A DNA stretch of 64,000 nt from the human T2T-CHM13v2.0 reference genome, Homo sapiens. Where the stretch lies: NCBI RefSeq assembly GCF_009914755.1, contig NC_060947.1. One strand, written 5' to 3'. The position numbers and the translations under genes are program-made. Below, one piece after another: positions 58,833 through 64,000 of the stretch. Each line of letters opens with the position of its first letter. Position 1 is the stretch's first letter. The notes below the pieces were generated by a model. That model worked only from the letters and a program-made list of their open reading frames with translations. It had not been told where the DNA came from and ran no database searches.

Positions 58833-59023
58833 TTAAACTGTTACAATCTGCTAGGATAAACAGTTTTTCCTTACAAATCCTTCAATATATCATATAGATT
58901 CTGCTTTTCATTTTTAGTCAAGTGTAATCAGATTAAGCAAAATTGAGTTATTACAGTGCAAAATCAAATTGCAGGTGCACAACCAAAAGGGAGTGGGCAG
59001 CAGAAATGAGTTGGGCCAAGAAA

Positions 59024-59024
59024 T

Positions 59025-59073
<49 letters not shown>

Positions 59074-59291
59074 CTCACACACACATACACACACATACAC
59101 ACATACACACATGCACATGCTCTCACAGACGCTCTCACACATACACACACACACATACATACACACGCTCTCACACACACATATACACACGCTCTCACAC
59201 ACACATACACACACATGCTCTCACATACATACACACACATATACACACACGCTCTCGCACACACACACACGCTCTCACACACACACACACA
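59024..59291. repeat. Compound (CA)n repeat with cgctct interruptions
   Basis: Pure CA run followed by higher-order units. Confidence 0.97.
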
Positions 59292-60008
59292 AGTCCCTTT
59301 CCCCAGAAGAGCTGTATGTGCGTTGGGGGGAGGGCTTCCCTTTTAGGTGATAGACTTGCTGAATTTGCAAAAGCGGCATCACATTATGCTATTTTATTAA
59401 CAACTCCTTAATAAAGTAACTAGAAACAGCATTACCTGGGTGACACTGTGAATTCTGCAAAAATCAATCTGGGATTTTAAAGACAAGCAGAAGAATGAGA
59501 ATGTGAATTCGATTGAGTTTTGTTGACAACATATAGTTTATAGAGCTTTCCTCTAACCCTTGAAAAGTCTTCTTTGCATCTGTAGTTTATCCGAGCACTC
59601 AGAAGGGGTTAAGTTAATAAATCCATAACAAAGTAGCTGGGTCTGCCAGTGACTGATCTCCTCCTTCCTCAAAAGTGCTTAGAAGCTGAGGAGTGATTAT
59701 TAAGCAGACTGCCAGATTCGGGGACAGCCTCAGGACTCCTTGTGCTCTCTAACAATTAGGGAGATAAAAAAAGATAAGCCTGAACTCTAATTGTCCTTGA
59801 ACAAACCATGCAGAACTGAATTGGCTTCTGGGCAATGTTCAGAGCCACTGGGACAATGGACAAAAGCTGGATTGAACCATACCTCCTGAGTGTCTCTAGG
59901 CTAGGACATGAGTAATGATTCTTAAAAAAAAAAAATGTAAATGTATCTTTGCGTTGTAAGTTCCGCCAGTTGAAGAATACATATACCTATATTCTTAATC
60001 TTGTTTTA

Positions 60009-60453
<445 letters not shown>

Positions 60454-60575
60454 TTATCTCATCCCCCAGTTTAGCATCTGCTTGGGCAGCAGATAAGAGA
60501 GAGACACAAAGAGAAATAAGAAAGAAAGAGACAGACGAGAGAGAGAAAGAGAGGAAGAGAGAGAGGAGAGAGAAA

Positions 60576-61015
60576 TGTTATCTTCTATGGAAACAGGATC
60601 TTTGCAGATGTGATTGAGTTAAGAATCTTGACAGTCTCATTGGGCTGAAATCAAGGTGTCAGCAGGGTCAGACTCTGTCTGGAGTCTCTAGAGGGGGTCC
60701 ATTCCTTGCCTCTTCCAGCTTCTGGTGGCTGCCTTCTTCTTTAGCTTGTGGCCTTATCACTCCAATCTCTGCCTCTGTGGTCACATTGCCTTCTCTGCTT
60801 GTCTGTCAAACCCTCCTCTACCTCTTTCTTATAAGGATCCATATGATTGCATTTAGTGCCCACCGTGATAATTCAAGATAATCTCCCCATCTCAAGATCC
60901 TTAGCTTAATCACGTCTGAAAAGATCCTATTTCTATATAGGTTAACAACATTTACAGGTTCCAGGGATTAGAACATAATATATTTGGGGTGGGGGAGACA
61001 TTTTCCAGCCTAATG
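60576..61015. mobile_element. MLT1 fragments in opposite orientations
   Basis: Plus fragment 60576-60631; minus fragment ~60632-61015. Confidence 0.75.
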
Positions 61016-61338
61016 TATCTTGCCCTGCCTTCCCCTAGTCCTTCCAGGGTCTAACTCCACACCCTGTTTATCTGCACACACACACACACACACACACACC
61101 CCTCCCCCAGCCTGTTTTCTTCCTCAATAAAGTTTGATGACCCCAAATCTTTAACAACTGAAAACTTATTAGTCTGAAGAGCTAAACTCCAGCAGGAGAG
61201 GGCTGTGTTTGCATTCCACTAGTGGTGGTGCTAATGGTGAAGTAGGTTTTGGTAGATCTTTCTCATGGAGCAAAGACAAGGAAGAAAAACAAAGGAGAAT
61301 GTTAACTTTCCATATTGAAAGAGATTGAATACTCTTAT

Positions 61339-61380
61339 TTTTCTATGTGAAGAAATCATATGATTTCTTCACATAGAAAA
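61339..61380. repeat. Perfect 42-bp spacerless palindrome
   Basis: ttttctatgtgaagaaatcat|atgatttcttcacatagaaaa. Confidence 0.98.
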
Positions 61381-61973
61381 TCATATGTAAATCATATGAT
61401 TAGTCAAGGAGCTGTTATAAAAATGAGTATAGAGATATCTTGCCAGAGAAATGGCTAATCATTGTTGGTCCTCAAAGGTAAACCTTGGTTGGATATTTTT
61501 GGCTTGAATTCTATAAGCCAAAAATATAAATGCTTCCCAAAAGTCTAGAAGATGCTGTCCTTCCTTTCCCTTGCACCTGTCTGTCTAGGAGACCTCCTTG
61601 TTTTCATTCAATAAAAACCTAAGGGGCTCACTCTGAAGCTTTTACTTTGAAAGCTAGAAATTAAATGTATACTGTTTATCTGAGGCTCAACCTCTGCATA
61701 TTTTATATGGCTCTTCAGCTTTGGTTAAAAGACTTTCTGCTACCTAGTGGGTGTCATTAAATACAGACCTGATGTATCTAGCTAGAGGAACAATACTTCT
61801 GAAATCAGTGTGCTTTAGGTTTATAAGAAAAGATTTTTTAAAAATTCAGCTACATATACATAAGGAGGAATTTGTTTTAGAAAAAAGATTAAAGCTAGAA
61901 GAGATCTGAAGTTAAATGGTAAACTTGTTCAGTTTACAGATAAAGAAACTGAGGTCCAGAAAGATAACAAGAT

Positions 61974-62400
61974 GTATCAGTTAGCTATTGCTGTGTAACA
62001 ACCAACCAGACAATTTTAGCAGCTTATAATAAGCATGTATTTAGCTAATGCGTCTCTGAACTAGCTGAGTTTTGGCTGATCTAGGCTTTTGTGGCTTGGG
62101 CAGTTCTGTGGTTTGTTGCCCATGACTCTCATCTTCCTCGAACCAGTGGGCCAACTAGATGGTGGTGTTGAGGTGATGGTGAAGGCACAAGAGGGCAAGT
62201 GGACATGTACAAGGCCTTTTAAAGCCTACACTTGGAACTGAAGTAATTTCTGCTCATATGTCATTGGCCAAGGTATATCACATGGCCAAAACCAAAGTTA
62301 AGGGGCAGGGAAATAGTCTCTGCCCACAGTGAGGTCCTGCCAAGGGTATTGATTGGAGGTGGGGTGATGAATTGGAGGCAATCAATTAATCCTGCACCCA
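61974..62400 (-). mobile_element. MLT1 MaLR LTR
   Basis: tgtatcagttagctattgctgtgtaacaacca terminal motif. Confidence 0.75.
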
Positions 62401-63076
62401 AAATTTGCCTAAGGTCAAAAAGCGATTGGCCCAATTAGGACACCAGAATTCGGGGCTCCTAACCCCCAAATCCACAGTTTCCCCATTAACCAAGCAGGCA
62501 CTTAGTGGAACAAATAATAGATATATTTAAAATATCTCTTTGGAAAATGTAATTTATCAAGATGACAACACTGCACAACTGATTGCATTTATATTATCTG
62601 GATTTACTATTTTCTGTCTATGTAATTATTAAGAGCCATTCATAGATTTCTATAATTATGATCTGCAAAGGCTTATGAAACCTTGACGCATGTTAAACTT
62701 GGTACTGTTTTCATTCATTGTCAACCCAAGTTTCTCCAGCCTGTGAGTACTAAAGTGGTCATATTAAAAACAAAAGTCCAGATTTCGCCGGTTTTACAAA
62801 ATCCCTTTCTGGCAGCTTGTAAGAAGCCTTCCCATTGTCTTCTCCTTGAATCCCTCAAGGGTATCTGCTACTTGGCGCTGCTGATCACCACAGCTAGCAC
62901 CTCTGGGAGAGTGCTGATGTCCCAGGTACTCCAGAACTGTGAACCCTCTAGTCACCAAAGTTACATTATATTCCCTGCAGCCTTCATTCACTGTCCTCAG
63001 CAGAGCTATAGTACAATGCTGCTTGTGACCTGTGCATTCAGGATTTCTCACTAAAATGGGTTCCTCAGATTTTCTT

Positions 63077-63561
<485 letters not shown>

Positions 63562-64000
63562 TGACTAGAGATATTTATATCAAAGTTTACACCTGAACTA
63601 AGACCTTATCAGTATATTTTGTTTGAAGAATGAACTCTTAGATTAACATTAAAAATATTGTTGCCCAAAATGGAATTCAGCAAATGAGTGAGTCAGTCAC
63701 TCCCATTAAGAAAGAAAAATTAATGATGAATAGCTGATTTTAGTGACTTTCTCTGTAGTTCTTTTGATTTTTCTTTTTTAGAAATTATTACTTGAGGATT
63801 TTTAATGGGTTTCTAAAATGCAATTTATAGAAAACTTCTCAATTTCATGGGGCATAACTAAGTTGAATTAGAACATGGCAAATCCATTTAATTTTGCTGA
63901 GAATGTATTTAGAAACTGAATCTTCTGCTAAATGCTTCTGCCAAAGGCCATTTTTTTCTCTGCGCTGAAATACATTTTCAACATGGCTCTAAAGATGTGG

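Noticed and set aside
58914-59350. His/Thr- and Cys/Val-rich ORFs
   Set aside because: Translations of the CA repeat.
62683-63054. 123-aa ORF and weak CTCF-like motif near 62865-62880
   Set aside because: Non-ATG start, no recognisable domain or clear splice frame; motif deviates in the CTCF core.

Overview
Primate (very likely human) non-coding genomic DNA. It is AT-rich and dense in Alu, L1, MIR, MaLR/ERV LTRs and DNA-transposon relics. I found no recognisable cellular protein-coding exon, tRNA, rRNA or CpG island, and I cannot name the locus. The main feature is a ~5.7 kb deleted-type HERV-H provirus on the minus strand (3613-9315, two LTR7s, tRNA-His PBS). It lacks the normal ~5-bp target-site duplication and is instead bracketed, to the base, by a direct duplication of ~850-860 bp of host DNA (2752-3612 and 9316-10164) that includes an AluY and part of an LTR8. 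The two duplicate copies show patchy divergence, and the two LTRs differ in their promoter and poly(A) signals. Other oddities are a ~100-bp microinversion inside an L1, a second L1 rearranged around one breakpoint, a perfect 42-bp palindrome, small templated duplications, and a CRE/NF-E2/GATA motif cluster. Repeat family names come from recalled consensus sequences, so subfamily calls and the boundaries of old elements are approximate.
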